Source: Candidatus Gottesmanbacteria bacterium GW2011_GWA2_43_14
GTDB lineage: Bacteria > Patescibacteriota > Microgenomatia > 2-02-FULL-39-11
Length of the DNA stretch: 64,000 bases
Direction: 5' to 3'
Assembly: GCA_000999095.1 (NCBI GenBank)
Contig: LCFP01000006.1
Coordinates: 1,823-65,822 of the forward strand
The notes under the pieces: model-generated
The model's input: the letters and a program-made list of their open reading frames with translations, nothing else
Database searches by the model: none
Told to the model about the DNA's origin: nothing
In this document: piece after piece, positions 28,634 to 39,014 of the stretch
Position numbering within the stretch: the stretch's first letter is position 1
How the letters are laid out: each line of letters opens with the position of its first letter
Translations under genes and position numbers: made by a program

Positions 28634-28891
28634 TCAGGAGACAAAATAAATCTTATCGCCTGAATGGACTTTTTGGTCAGTTTTGACGGCTATTTCCTCT
28701 CCTTTTCCGGCTTTTTCAATTGTCTGGTGGTCTTTTTGCATCGAAGAGACAGTCTGGGTAAATTCGTCATCATGATGGGAAAATTTAATTGAATCGCCGA
28801 CCTTTAATTTGGAGGAAAGGTTGATCACCGCCACGGAAATTTTATCGTAATAATGGGTGACTATGCCTATGGGTTTGTTCAAATTGCTCAC
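28634..28891 (-). CDS. small hypothetical protein
   Basis: 85 aa, probable GTG start. No recognisable domain. Confidence 0.3.
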   Translation of the reverse strand: MSNLNKPIGIVTHYYDKISVAVINLSSKLKVGDSIKFSHHDDEFTQTVSSMQKDHQTIEKAGKGEEIAVKTDQKVHSGDKIYFVS

Positions 28892-28912
28892 CCCCTTTGA
28901 AAATCAAGCTTG

Positions 28913-28986
28913 TCGGGATGCGCGGACTTGAACCGCGGGCCTCGTCGTCCCGAACGACGCGCTCTAGCCAACTGAGCTACATCCCG
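28913..28986 (-). tRNA. tRNA-Pro (anticodon CGG)
   Basis: The reverse complement folds as a cloverleaf: acceptor CGGGATG/CATCCCG, D-arm GCTC/GAGC, anticodon stem CGTCG/CGACG with loop TTCGGGA, T-arm CGCGG-TTCAAGT-CCGCG, discriminator A. CCA is not encoded. Confidence 0.85.
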
Positions 28987-29058
28987 AATATTCTGAATTG
29001 AATCTTTTCGTATTTTATCACCTGAATGATAAAATAATAAGCTAGTTAAAGATTTTGA

Positions 29059-29130
29059 GTCCCCGTAGCTCAACGGATAGAGCAGAGGTTTCCTAAACCT
29101 CCGATGGCAGTTCAATTCTGCCCGGGGATA
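29059..29130 (+). tRNA. tRNA-Arg (anticodon CCT)
   Basis: Acceptor GTCCCCG/CGGGGAT (G1-U72 wobble), D-arm GCTC/GAGC, anticodon stem GAGGT/ACCTC with loop TTCCTAA, T-arm GGCAG-TTCAATT-CTGCC. Confidence 0.85.
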
Positions 29131-29213
29131 CTTAAATCAAATCTAAAGATTTGCCGTTTTTTTATTGGCAGAAGGTGTAAAGCTATTCCACCTGGAGGGT
29201 ACAGCCGTAAATT

Positions 29214-29951
29214 ATGAAAGTAAACAGGGAAGTTATCAGGTTTGTCGTCTTCCGTACCCTGGGTAATTTTCTGGTTTTAGCTTCACTTTACGCCATCGGC
29301 AGGACGTTGGGCCCGGCTGCCTGGCTTGAAGCGAAATACAGGGTAAATCAATTCAGAAACGTCCGTTACGAGATTGCCTGGCAGGGTGTTCCGGCCCGGC
29401 CGGACAAAGAAATTACGGATACAGTCAAGCCTACTCCATTTGTGTCCAATACCACCTTTTTCGGGAAATTGGCCGGAGGCGACAAGATAGAATTTCTGGA
29501 GCCGGTTTCCTCCAGATTCGGCATCATCATCCCGAAAATCGGAGCCAATGCACCGATTGCGCCCAATGTGGATGCCGGTAATCCTGAGGCCTACCTGGAA
29601 GCCTTGAAAACGGGTGTGGCACATGCTGCCGGAACTGTCTTTCCGGGTGTGCCCGGCAATATCTTCCTGTTTGCCCATTCGACGGACGATTTTTGGAACG
29701 TCGGCCGCTACAACGCAATTTTTTATCTGCTGAAAGAGCTGGAGAGAGGTGATGAAGTGGATGTTTTCCTTAACGGCAAAAGGCACATCTACAGGGTAAC
29801 CGACAAAATAATTGTCAATCCGGATGAAGTGGAGTATCTGACCAGGCAAACCAATTTTGAACAACTGACTTTACAGACCTGCTGGCCTCCCGGAACAACC
29901 TTTAAAAGACTGCTTGTTCTGGCCGTACCGGAAAAAGACTACCGCGATTAG
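29214..29951 (+). CDS. sortase-family transpeptidase
   Basis: N-terminal membrane anchor and a C-terminal LTLQTCWPP segment (TLxTC catalytic Cys motif). FLFAHST is a His-containing segment. Confidence 0.65.
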   Translation: MKVNREVIRFVVFRTLGNFLVLASLYAIGRTLGPAAWLEAKYRVNQFRNVRYEIAWQGVPARPDKEITDTVKPTPFVSNTTFFGKLAGGDKIEFLEPVSSRFGIIIPKIGANAPIAPNVDAGNPEAYLEALKTGVAHAAGTVFPGVPGNIFLFAHSTDDFWNVGRYNAIFYLLKELERGDEVDVFLNGKRHIYRVTDKIIVNPDEVEYLTRQTNFEQLTLQTCWPPGTTFKRLLVLAVPEKDYRD

Positions 29952-30162
29952 CTATTCTGAAGGCGTAACACTGACCTCAAGCAGCTCGGAGAAGCCTGTT
30001 TTCGGCTGGCTTGTACCGGTGGCATTTCCGGAGGAAGTGGATTCGAAACCCGGAAACGAGAAAAACGGTTTCATGTCGGCGGTACCGGTCAGAAAGTATA
30101 AACCGCCAATAAGTATGGCCAAGCTAAGCAGAATAAGCAACGTTTTTTTGTCCATGTTCTTG

Positions 30163-31395
30163 TTATCTCAGGTCAACCTCGTAAAAATCAGCCGAAGTAC
30201 TGCTGTTAAGATTGGTCAGGATGACAATTTTCCCGCCGCTTGTCCAGGAAAAGACAAACTCGTCGGTAAACGGCCCTGAATAGACTGAACGCTTATTCGT
30301 CCCGTCATAATCAACCACGGTAATTTTTTCCTTTTCCACCAGGATGAGATGTTTCGAGTCGGTGTACCATCTCGGCTGGCTGTCCGCCAGATAATAATTT
30401 TTGTCTTCCTTGATGTCATAGATATAGAATTTTCCGTCATTCAGGCTGCGGGTTTCTTCGGTTGGATTGCGGCCGATAAGAGGCGGATCGATGACCGGTT
30501 TAAGAGAAGCTCCTGCCGTAGCCTGGTAGAGTATTTTGGTTTCATCAGGTGAAAATCTGAGACTGCTTGTCGAAGTTGTCAAAACCCGGCTGATTGCATC
30601 AGGTAAAGAAGCCATATTTGCCTCATCTTTGATCATTTTTTCTTCCTGCCATTCGGCCAGTATTTGCGTATAGCGCGAAGTGATTTCAATAGGCGATGTC
30701 GAAACTCCGTTATCGGTCAGAAGAAGAAAAGCTCTTTCAGCTTCAAGTGCCACAGCAGGGGGCGGGTTTTCCGGGAAAAAAGCGACGATCAACTCTTTTT
30801 CATCGTAAGACCAATACAGTTCGGCATTTTCATAAGGAAAATCAGCTGAAGAGCCTAAAATTGCCGGATCCATGGAAAAAATCTGTTTCGGGTCCGGTTT
30901 GGTACCCAAAGGTCCTGTCCGGAGCTCAAGAAGCCAAACACCTGAAAGGTTGCGGCCGGTGGCGGGATCCGTTTCAGAGCTTTTTACCAGATAGGCGGTT
31001 TTGGTGCCTGAGGGAGAGAGGCGGGGATTGATAACCCCGGTAAAGGTAATTGCCCGCAGGGAGGGGTTGAAAGGTACCAGAAGAGCATCAATCTGGCTGA
31101 CGACTTCACCCTGGATCCTGATTCTTTTTTCCCAGGACTGATATCCTTCCTTGCTGATTTTTATGTCATACCATTCGGGAGCCAGGGTCAGCGAAGCATT
31201 GGTAGCCGAAGTTAATTTGCCGTTTATAAAGATGGAGGCTTTTTCAGGATAGGATGACACCGACAGGATTCCGGTGGGACTGATGCTTTTAGCTTTGGGA
31301 TCAAAGCGGTAACCGCGGCCGTAAAGAACAACCGCTGACGTCAGACCGGCGATAAGAGCCAGGGATAAAATAAAAAGAATCAGTCTTTTAAACAT
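30163..31395 (-). CDS. PEGA-domain protein with a C-terminal beta-propeller (TolB-like) region
   Basis: N-terminal anchor. ILSVSSYPEKASIFINGKLTSATNASLTLAPEWYDIKISKEGYQSWEKRIRI is a PEGA motif. Downstream are repeated propeller-like segments (RFSPDETKILYQA...). Confidence 0.5.
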   Translation of the reverse strand: MFKRLILFILSLALIAGLTSAVVLYGRGYRFDPKAKSISPTGILSVSSYPEKASIFINGKLTSATNASLTLAPEWYDIKISKEGYQSWEKRIRIQGEVVSQIDALLVPFNPSLRAITFTGVINPRLSPSGTKTAYLVKSSETDPATGRNLSGVWLLELRTGPLGTKPDPKQIFSMDPAILGSSADFPYENAELYWSYDEKELIVAFFPENPPPAVALEAERAFLLLTDNGVSTSPIEITSRYTQILAEWQEEKMIKDEANMASLPDAISRVLTTSTSSLRFSPDETKILYQATAGASLKPVIDPPLIGRNPTEETRSLNDGKFYIYDIKEDKNYYLADSQPRWYTDSKHLILVEKEKITVVDYDGTNKRSVYSGPFTDEFVFSWTSGGKIVILTNLNSSTSADFYEVDLR

Positions 31396-31477
31396 CTTTT
31401 GCCCGCCACGAATCCTAATAATTTAAGGCGGGGCGTTGTAATTATAGCATAGGAACAGTAGAATAAACTGGCTGTTT

Positions 31478-32494
31478 ATGTTATTCAAAAGGCTCGGAAT
31501 CGATCTGGGGACAGCCAATTCCCTGGTTTATTTAACCGGAGAGGGCGTGGTATTAAATGAGCCCACCGTGGTGGCGGTTTCAATTGATGACAACCGGGTC
31601 GTAGCCGTCGGCAATGAAGCTAAAGAAATGCTCGGCCGGACCCCGGGAAATATAGTGGCTTCGCGGCCTCTCAAGGAAGGTGTCATCGCCGATTATGTGG
31701 TGACGGAAGCCATGCTGCGTTATTTTTTGGACAAAGTCTGCGGCAAAACCCGTTTTTTTAAACCGGAAGTCATGATCTGCATCCCGGCAGGCTGTACCCA
31801 GGTGGAGAGGCGGGCTGTCATGGATGCCACGCTGTCGGCCGGTGCCAGGACCGTCTATCTGATAGAAGAGCCGTTGGCAGCAGCCATCGGCGCCAAGATC
31901 CCCATTGCCCAGGCATCAGGCAACATGATTGTCGATACCGGCGGCGGTTCCAGCGAGGCGGCGGTCATATCACTTGGCGGAGTCGTCGTCCACCATTCAG
32001 TCCGGGTGGCCGGAAACCGTTTGGACGAAGCCATCGGCGCCTATATTAAAAAAAAGTTCAACCTGATTATCGGTGAAAGGATGAGCGAGTCGGTGAAAAT
32101 CCAGATCGGTGATGCCATGCCCAAGGCTTCACCGAAATCAAGCCTCAGGAAAATGGAAGTCAGAGGGAGGGATAGCCTGTCAGGACTGCCCAGAATGATA
32201 GAAATATCCAGTGACGAAATTGCCGCCGCCTTAGAGAATCCGCTTCAGAACATTATTACTGGTATCAAGGAAGTCCTGGAGAATACGCCGCCCGAGTTGG
32301 CCTCGGATATAATTGATAAAGGCATAGTACTGTCCGGCGGCACGGCACTTTTGACCAACATAGACAAACTCATCATGGAAGCGACGGGAGTGGCGGTCCA
32401 CGTTTCAGAAGACCCGCTCCTTTGCGTCGTCAGGGGAACCGGGGTGGCGTTGGAAAACATCGATTTGTATAAAAGATCCATCGCCAGAAGATAG
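31478..32494 (+). CDS. mreB: rod-shape-determining protein MreB (actin-like ATPase)
   Basis: LGIDLGTANSLVY...NEPTVVA...DTGGGSSEAAVISLGG are actin-fold phosphate 1/2 and adenosine motifs. 338 aa. Confidence 0.85.
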   Translation: MLFKRLGIDLGTANSLVYLTGEGVVLNEPTVVAVSIDDNRVVAVGNEAKEMLGRTPGNIVASRPLKEGVIADYVVTEAMLRYFLDKVCGKTRFFKPEVMICIPAGCTQVERRAVMDATLSAGARTVYLIEEPLAAAIGAKIPIAQASGNMIVDTGGGSSEAAVISLGGVVVHHSVRVAGNRLDEAIGAYIKKKFNLIIGERMSESVKIQIGDAMPKASPKSSLRKMEVRGRDSLSGLPRMIEISSDEIAAALENPLQNIITGIKEVLENTPPELASDIIDKGIVLSGGTALLTNIDKLIMEATGVAVHVSEDPLLCVVRGTGVALENIDLYKRSIARR

Positions 32495-32729
32495 TTAACC
32501 TTATAGTTATATATAGAAGATATTTGTATATAAAATGGTTATCCTGACTGCAAAAATTTTTCAACAACAGGCCCGGGAATTGCCAACAAATTAAACTTCT
32601 GTTAATCTGCAGTGGCAATATTGACATTTTGTCTTATCATGAAAGTATTATTGACTGAATAATATTTGTATACATAAAATTGATTACTGCCAATAAAAGA
32701 TTTTAAAAAGCTGTCCAAAAAGACAATTT

Positions 32730-33587
32730 ATGCAAAAAAATACGGTAAAAATTCTGGGCGTGAAAATAACTACAGAGGATGAAGGTTTAATCCTGGAGAA
32801 AATCGATAAGTACTTAAAAAAAGGTAAAATCCGAAAGGTAAAAGACGAAAACAACAGGGTAAAACCATACGTTATTTTTACTCCGAATCCGGAAATTATT
32901 GTTTTGGCTCAAAAAGAGGCATCGTTTAAAAAGGCCGTCAATAAGGCCCAAATCAATATTCCTGACGGATCCGGCGTCATTTGGGCAATCGGAAAAAAAT
33001 TCGGCAGGAAAGTCAGAAGAATTTCCGGTGCTGATATGATGATTTCCTTGTGCCGGATGGCGGTTAAAAAGAGCTATAGGATAGGACTTATAGGCGGACG
33101 CTCCGGTTTAGCACTCGCTGCGTCCAAGTGCTTGGAGTCCCAATTTCCCGGCATCAAAATTATGCTGTTGGGCGAGCCGGAAATCAGAATTATTAAATCA
33201 AATTTTAATATTCATGATGCAAACGGCAAGCATATTGAAACCGGCAAATACATTAACTATTTGGCAAAGGAGCTTTCAGACAAGAAACTGGATATAGTTT
33301 TTGTCGCTTTGGGCTTTCCCAAGCAGGAGTTTTTTATAACGGAACTGGCGGCCTGTATAAACCGTCTTAAAGGGAATCAGCCTGTTGTCCTGATGGCGGT
33401 CGGGGGCAGTTTGGACTATCTCGCGGGCAATGTCAGCCGTGCTCCGCGATGGTTGCGGATGCGGGGATTGGAATGGTCATACCGGCTAATAAAAGAACCC
33501 TGGCGTCTAAAAAGGCACATTTTAGGTTCAGTTTTTTTCCCTCAAGTATATTTCAGCAATTTAAAAACCGGCAAAATTTGCATTTAA
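32730..33587 (+). CDS. WecB/TagA/CpsF-family glycosyltransferase (GT26)
   Basis: VIFTPNPEIIVLAQKE...NIPDGSGVIWA...GFPKQEFFI is the TagA/WecG pattern. Confidence 0.65.
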   Translation: MQKNTVKILGVKITTEDEGLILEKIDKYLKKGKIRKVKDENNRVKPYVIFTPNPEIIVLAQKEASFKKAVNKAQINIPDGSGVIWAIGKKFGRKVRRISGADMMISLCRMAVKKSYRIGLIGGRSGLALAASKCLESQFPGIKIMLLGEPEIRIIKSNFNIHDANGKHIETGKYINYLAKELSDKKLDIVFVALGFPKQEFFITELAACINRLKGNQPVVLMAVGGSLDYLAGNVSRAPRWLRMRGLEWSYRLIKEPWRLKRHILGSVFFPQVYFSNLKTGKICI

Positions 33588-33618
33588 ATCACCCAATCAA
33601 ATAAAATTGTGGGATAAA

Positions 33619-34830
33619 ATGAAAATCCTTTATTTACAAACTTTCCCCCTGTGGGGTTCAGGATCCGGAACTTATGCCCGTTTCCTCGCTCAGGAAGCCG
33701 GTCGCCACTTTAAAGTTGCCATGGTCGCCCCGGAAACACGCCATGTACCAAACGTCACTTTATACCCTTTAAAAACTTCCAAAAAAGTCGTCTTTACAGG
33801 ACATCCGGAATGGCCTCATGCCACGCTCTATACCGATATCAGTAATCACGACCTGATCGAGCTCTATGAAGAAATGCTCAATAGCGTCAGGGCAGCTGTT
33901 GAAGATTTCAGCCCCAACATTATCCATGTCCATCATGCTTTTCCCTTGTCCTGGACCGGCAGGGTAATCAAAAGCATCTACCAGATCCCTTACGTCATCT
34001 CCATCCACGGCTCGGAACTGCCGACTGTGCAAAAAGATAAACGATATCTGGCTTTGACCGGTGATGCTTTGAGGCGTGCCCGCCGGATTGTGCCCAATTC
34101 CTTTTGGACTAAAGACTGGATGTTTAAAGTCTTCGGGGATGAATTCCGTTCCCAGGTGAGGGTTATTCCCGGAGGGGTCGATGTCAGGCGCTTTAATCCC
34201 AATCTGCCGACGGATGAGATTGACAGAAAGTACGGTCTGACGGGTAAAAAAGTCGTCATGTTTGCCGGCAAGCTGACGTCTTATAAAGGAGTCAGATATC
34301 TGATTGCCGCCGCAAAGAAAATCCCGGCCGAAGTCATCATTGTCGGAGAAGGACCGGAAAGGAAGTTCTTGGAAGAAAGAACCAAATCTTTAGAACTTAA
34401 AAATATCCATTTTATCGGACATGTGGCTGAGGGGGATGAGCTTCGCAAATTTTACAACCGGGCTGATGTTTTTGTAGCTCCGTCCGTTTGGGACGAGCCG
34501 TTGGGCCTGGTCATCCTGGAAGCCATGTCCTGTAAGACGCCGGTGGTTGTCACCCGGAAAGGCGGCATCCCTTTGGCCGTCAAAGATGGAATCAACGGCT
34601 TTTTTGTCAGGCCGAAAAATTCCACGGAAATTGCCTTGAAGGTGAACAAGCTTTTGTCCAGCGAAGAAAAAAGGGATAAAATGGCGGAAAACGCCCGCCG
34701 GATCGTTGAAGAAAAGTTTTCCTGGGAGACGATTGCCCACCGTTTTATCCTGATGTATATGCGTTTTGCCCATTTTCCCAAACAAAAGCAAAATAATTCC
34801 CCGAAACACAAGCAGCTCAAAATCAGTTAA
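33619..34830 (+). CDS. GT4-family glycosyltransferase
   Basis: C-terminal VFVAPSVWDEPLGLVILEAMSCKTPVV (EX7E motif). ATG at 33619. Confidence 0.7.
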   Translation: MKILYLQTFPLWGSGSGTYARFLAQEAGRHFKVAMVAPETRHVPNVTLYPLKTSKKVVFTGHPEWPHATLYTDISNHDLIELYEEMLNSVRAAVEDFSPNIIHVHHAFPLSWTGRVIKSIYQIPYVISIHGSELPTVQKDKRYLALTGDALRRARRIVPNSFWTKDWMFKVFGDEFRSQVRVIPGGVDVRRFNPNLPTDEIDRKYGLTGKKVVMFAGKLTSYKGVRYLIAAAKKIPAEVIIVGEGPERKFLEERTKSLELKNIHFIGHVAEGDELRKFYNRADVFVAPSVWDEPLGLVILEAMSCKTPVVVTRKGGIPLAVKDGINGFFVRPKNSTEIALKVNKLLSSEEKRDKMAENARRIVEEKFSWETIAHRFILMYMRFAHFPKQKQNNSPKHKQLKIS

Positions 34831-34844
34831 GTTATACTGGAACC

Positions 34845-35900
34845 ATGAGGATTGCTATCTTGGGCTCAGCGGCCATGTCCGTACCGCCGTCCCATCAGGG
34901 AGGCACGGAATGGATTGCTTATTACCAGGCCAAAGGTCTTGCCGGTTTGGGGCATAAGATAACGCTTGTATCTTTTAAAGGATCTTTACCGGGTGATTAT
35001 AAGTTAATCGAAATAGGATACACCTACGAAGCTAAAACTTCTGCTGATATTGATGAAATAGAATCTTCCCGGGCGCTTCGTACAGAGAATGTCAGACTGG
35101 CGGAAACCATGGGGAAATTGGCAGAGCTGATTTCTGATTATGATTTGATTTTAAATAACATGCGGGGGGAGGCGGTTTTCCTGCCGCTGGCCAAGTTTCT
35201 CGGCAAACCGCTGGTTAACGTCATGCACCTGCCGCTTTTTCCCGAACTGGCTAACATATTCAAAATATATAATACTAATATAATCACCATCAGCAATAAC
35301 CAGCGGAAAAAGTTTCCGGATCTGAATTATTTAAGTACTGTCTATAACTGTGTTGATACTGAAAAATATGTTTATAACCCTCGGCCAAAGGCCGACTATT
35401 TATTGATGATGGGGACAATCGGCAGGCATAAAAATCAGGGAGCGGCAGTCAGGATTGCCAAAAAACTGGGCATGAAACTGATTTTGGCCGGAAAAATTCG
35501 GGATAAGGAATATTTTGAGGAACTGAAAAAAGATATTGACGGGGAGCAGATTCAATGGTTCGGGGAACTGGATTTTGGGAAAAAAGTCGCTCTGTACCAA
35601 AATGCCAAAGCTTTTTTGTTTCCCATAGTCTGGGAGGAGCCATTCGGTCTGGTCATGATTGAAGCCATGGCCTGCGGTACGCCGGTCGTTGCTTTCGGAA
35701 ACGGGGCAATTCCTGAGGTAATAGTTAATGGAAAGACCGGGTTTGTAATAGAAAATAATAGTGAAGAAGAAATGGCCGAAGCGGTCAGAAAAATTGACAC
35801 GATCAAGCGCCAGGACAGCCGCAACCACGTCATGGAAAATTTCACAGTTGAGAAGATGGTCAAAGGATACGAGGCTGCTTTGGCGGAAATAATTACCTAG
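34845..35900 (+). CDS. GT4-family glycosyltransferase
   Basis: FLFPIVWEEPFGLVMIEAMACGTPVVAF (EX7E). Confidence 0.7.
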   Translation: MRIAILGSAAMSVPPSHQGGTEWIAYYQAKGLAGLGHKITLVSFKGSLPGDYKLIEIGYTYEAKTSADIDEIESSRALRTENVRLAETMGKLAELISDYDLILNNMRGEAVFLPLAKFLGKPLVNVMHLPLFPELANIFKIYNTNIITISNNQRKKFPDLNYLSTVYNCVDTEKYVYNPRPKADYLLMMGTIGRHKNQGAAVRIAKKLGMKLILAGKIRDKEYFEELKKDIDGEQIQWFGELDFGKKVALYQNAKAFLFPIVWEEPFGLVMIEAMACGTPVVAFGNGAIPEVIVNGKTGFVIENNSEEEMAEAVRKIDTIKRQDSRNHVMENFTVEKMVKGYEAALAEIIT

Positions 35901-35934
35901 GTTGCGTATCTGCGCCACCTCCCAGGTTGATGAT
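35896..35934. repeat. conserved 39-nt intergenic element, copy 1
   Basis: cctaggttgcgtatctgcgccacctcccaggttgatgat matches 40448..40486 at 36/39 positions. It contains a 22-nt imperfect palindrome and a CACCTCC anti-SD-like core. Confidence 0.6.
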
Positions 35935-35936
35935 AG

Positions 35937-36707
35937 TTAGAGCAGTTCCGAAAAGACGGCGATGCGGTGGGAATAGCTTTGAATGCCACGGTTGAAATAA
36001 CCGTTGCAGGTTAATAGAACCAGGCGGGGAATATCATAAGTACCGAAAATATAATCTATGGGTACCTGGTCATAGGCATAGGATTCTGATCCGGTAACCT
36101 GAAATGTGAGAGTATTTTCGAAAATGGTGGAAACCTGAATGATGTCGCCGGCTGCCAGACGAGCCAAATTATAAAAGACTGCCGGTCTGCCCCTGTCCGT
36201 ATCGTAATGGCCTGCAATGACTACATTTCCCGGTTCTCCCGGTACCGGTCCGTTTTTAAACCAGGCAACGTTGCCCCATTGGGAGGGAACTTCCATTTTG
36301 CCGTTTTCATCAACTCCCACAAACTCGATTTCAGCATCAACTCCCAACTTTTCGATTATCAGTCGCAAGGGAAGCATAAGTGGAGTAGGAGTGGGCGTAG
36401 GGGACGGTGTAATCGTAGGTGTGGGGGTGGGAGTGCTGGTTATAACCAGTTGAACGATGCGGTTGAAAATGCCGTTGTCTTCGGTACTTTGTGATCCGGC
36501 AATCCGTGTTGTGTTAAACCATAGGAGGCCAGTCGTTGCGACGAGAAGCAGTATTTTTAATGCCCAGGCACGGGAAAAAATATCCGGAAGGTATCGGGGT
36601 TTTAGGTACAAAGAGAGGTAAGCCACAACAAGAGACCACGCCGGAGACTTCGCTGATTTTTTCAGGCTGATACTTTTAATGGTAAATATGATTCCGCTTT
36701 TTTTCAT
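35937..36707 (-). CDS. sortase-family transpeptidase with Pro/Thr linker
   Basis: N-terminal anchor, a (TP)n linker, then HYDTDRGRPAVFYNL...LVLLTCNGYF (catalytic TLxTC-type Cys segment). Confidence 0.6.
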   Translation of the reverse strand: MKKSGIIFTIKSISLKKSAKSPAWSLVVAYLSLYLKPRYLPDIFSRAWALKILLLVATTGLLWFNTTRIAGSQSTEDNGIFNRIVQLVITSTPTPTPTITPSPTPTPTPLMLPLRLIIEKLGVDAEIEFVGVDENGKMEVPSQWGNVAWFKNGPVPGEPGNVVIAGHYDTDRGRPAVFYNLARLAAGDIIQVSTIFENTLTFQVTGSESYAYDQVPIDYIFGTYDIPRLVLLTCNGYFNRGIQSYSHRIAVFSELL

Positions 36708-36816
36708 ATAGATTGCCACAAGGCTCTGTATTATAACTGAGATGACGAATTTTAAATATACCCCGGGGAAAAGCTTCTTTCTTCCTATTTGGGGGTTAAT
36801 ATTTTATACTGGATGT

Positions 36817-37866
36817 ATGAAGATTGCCCTTTTGGCCCCTCCTTATTTGTCTGTTCCGCCCAAAGCCTACGGAGGGACTGAAAAAATCGTCTCACTACTT
36901 AGCGACGGCCTGGTCGACCGCGGCCACGACGTCACCCTTTTTGCTACCGGCGACAGTCTGACCAGGGCAAAACTGGTAAGCATTTTTCCCGAAGAACTCG
37001 GCAACAGCGGGCTTATCAAAGGCAGCGCTTTGATGCCCATGCTGCATTTCCGGGAATGCTTCAGGAGATCTGGGGAATTTGAAATCATCCATAACCATGC
37101 GCAATATCTGCCGATGTTTCTTTCCGAATATTCCCAAACCCCGGTGGTCCATACGATGCACGGATCTTTTTATCCCCATGAGGTGCCGGAAGACAAAAGA
37201 AAGATTCTGAAGACATTTAAAGGACAGCCATTCATTTCAATTTCCGATAATCAGCGAAAAGGCTTGCCTGAGTTGAATTTTGTGGCGACCGTTTATAACG
37301 GGCTTGACCTCGACGAATATACCTATATCGAAAAACCCAGGGGCAAGTATTTATTATGGGTAGGCAGGATTACCGAAAAGAAAGGCCCGACAGAAGCCAT
37401 AGACACAGCCAATAAATTGGGCATGCCTCTGGTTATTGCTGCGGCCTTAGATCCGGTTGACCGCCCGTATTTTGAGAAGGAGATAAAACCCAAAGTTGAC
37501 GGCAAAAAAATTTCCTTTGTCGGAGAACTGAGCCAGACTACCCTGGATGACCTGTACGGCAATGCCTACTGCACGCTATTTCCCATCAGCTGGCATGAGC
37601 CTTTCGGCCTGGTAATGATTGAATCGATGGCCTGCGGCACACCGGTTGTAGGTTTCGATATAGGATCAGTAGCTGAAGTTATTGCAGATGGCAAAACAGG
37701 CTTTGTGATAAACCCTGAAAGCGGAGTTGAAGGTATGATCCACGCTGTCAGGGAGATAGAACGTATTCAGAGAGGCGATTGCCGGACACATGTAGTTGAA
37801 AAATTTTCCAAAGAAGTAATGGTTGAGGCATATATATCAGCCTATGCTAAAATTATTCACGGATGA
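36817..37866 (+). CDS. GT4-family glycosyltransferase
   Basis: LFPISWHEPFGLVMIESMACGTPVVGF (EX7E). ATG at 36817. Confidence 0.7.
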   Translation: MKIALLAPPYLSVPPKAYGGTEKIVSLLSDGLVDRGHDVTLFATGDSLTRAKLVSIFPEELGNSGLIKGSALMPMLHFRECFRRSGEFEIIHNHAQYLPMFLSEYSQTPVVHTMHGSFYPHEVPEDKRKILKTFKGQPFISISDNQRKGLPELNFVATVYNGLDLDEYTYIEKPRGKYLLWVGRITEKKGPTEAIDTANKLGMPLVIAAALDPVDRPYFEKEIKPKVDGKKISFVGELSQTTLDDLYGNAYCTLFPISWHEPFGLVMIESMACGTPVVGFDIGSVAEVIADGKTGFVINPESGVEGMIHAVREIERIQRGDCRTHVVEKFSKEVMVEAYISAYAKIIHG

Positions 37867-39014
37867 AAATTGCAGTTTACATCTCTCCCGCGCACGGCGT
37901 ACCTCCCAGAGAGGAAGATATACTGGCCCCCTGGGAACTGGTCAGCGATCTAGCCGACGGTTTGGTTGACCGCGGGCACCAGGTAAATTTATACGCGGCT
38001 AAAGAATCCCAAACCAAAGCAAACCTGCGCCATTTCGAAATTTCCACGACTTACGAGCAAAAAAACCGTTTGCCCAGGGAACATTACAAAAAACTGGTCT
38101 ACGACAGGGAATTTGAGTTGTTTGAAAAAATGATGAATGAAGTCAAGACCGAAGGCATCGGGATTGTGCATGTCCACCATCCGGTGGAAAGACTGGCCTA
38201 CTTTGTACAAAAGTATCCGGATATAAATTTCCTGTTTACCCTGCACGATCCGATATCAGCTGAGAGGGCGCCCAAACTGGCGCAACTTGCCGGAAGCGGA
38301 AATTGTTTTTTTATCTCGATCAGTAATTCCCAGCGGGGACAATATCAACTGCCTTTTGCGGCAACTGTCTATAACGGCATCCATCTCGAAGAATATCCTT
38401 TCAGCGGGGAAAGCGCCGATTATAATCTAATTGCAGGCAGAATCATTCCCGACAAAGGAGACGCGGAGGCTATTGAAGCAGTGAGGAGAAGTTCCGGCAA
38501 ACTGATCATTGCCGGAAAGGTTTACCAGGACAGTCCGGGAGACTATGATTATTTTAAAAATAAAATCCAGCCAAATATTGACAATGAACATGTTTTTTTG
38601 GAAAGTGAGATCAATAAAAGCAAATTGATCGCTTATTACAGCCAGGCGAGATCATATTTGTTTCCGGTAAAATGGGAGGAGCCCTTTGGGCTTGTGATGA
38701 TAGAGGCGATGAGTGTCGGCTGTCCGATCATTGCCTATGCCAGAGGAGCTGTGCCGGAAATCGTCAAAGACGGAATCACCGGTTTTATCATTAACCAAAA
38801 TGCTGAAAACATCAGGGGAGACTGGCAGATAAAACAAAGCGGAGTGGAAGGTTTGTCTGAAGCCATCAATCGTATTAAATCAATGGGAGCAGAAGACTAT
38901 ATGAATATGAGAAAACAATGCAGGCAGCATGTATTTGAGAAGTTCACTTTTGAAAGGATGATTTCAGGATATGAGGAAATATACCGTCAGTTCTATAAGG
39001 AGGAGATGAAATGA
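37863..39014 (+). CDS. GT4-family glycosyltransferase
   Basis: LFPVKWEEPFGLVMIEAMSVGCPIIAY (EX7E). ATGA overlaps on both sides. Confidence 0.65.
   Translation: MKIAVYISPAHGVPPREEDILAPWELVSDLADGLVDRGHQVNLYAAKESQTKANLRHFEISTTYEQKNRLPREHYKKLVYDREFELFEKMMNEVKTEGIGIVHVHHPVERLAYFVQKYPDINFLFTLHDPISAERAPKLAQLAGSGNCFFISISNSQRGQYQLPFAATVYNGIHLEEYPFSGESADYNLIAGRIIPDKGDAEAIEAVRRSSGKLIIAGKVYQDSPGDYDYFKNKIQPNIDNEHVFLESEINKSKLIAYYSQARSYLFPVKWEEPFGLVMIEAMSVGCPIIAYARGAVPEIVKDGITGFIINQNAENIRGDWQIKQSGVEGLSEAINRIKSMGAEDYMNMRKQCRQHVFEKFTFERMISGYEEIYRQFYKEEMK

Noticed and set aside
28888-29115. 75-aa minus-strand ORF spanning both tRNA genes
   Set aside because: It overlaps two well-formed tRNA cloverleafs (Pro-CGG and Arg-CCT). 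No coding signal, so it is spurious.
32500-32729. AT-rich 230-nt intergenic region with TTGACA/TTGACT hexamers upstream of the glycosyltransferase operon
   Set aside because: It is likely a promoter region, but no convincing -10 hexamer at 16-18 nt spacing could be assigned by eye, so it is not reported as a feature.
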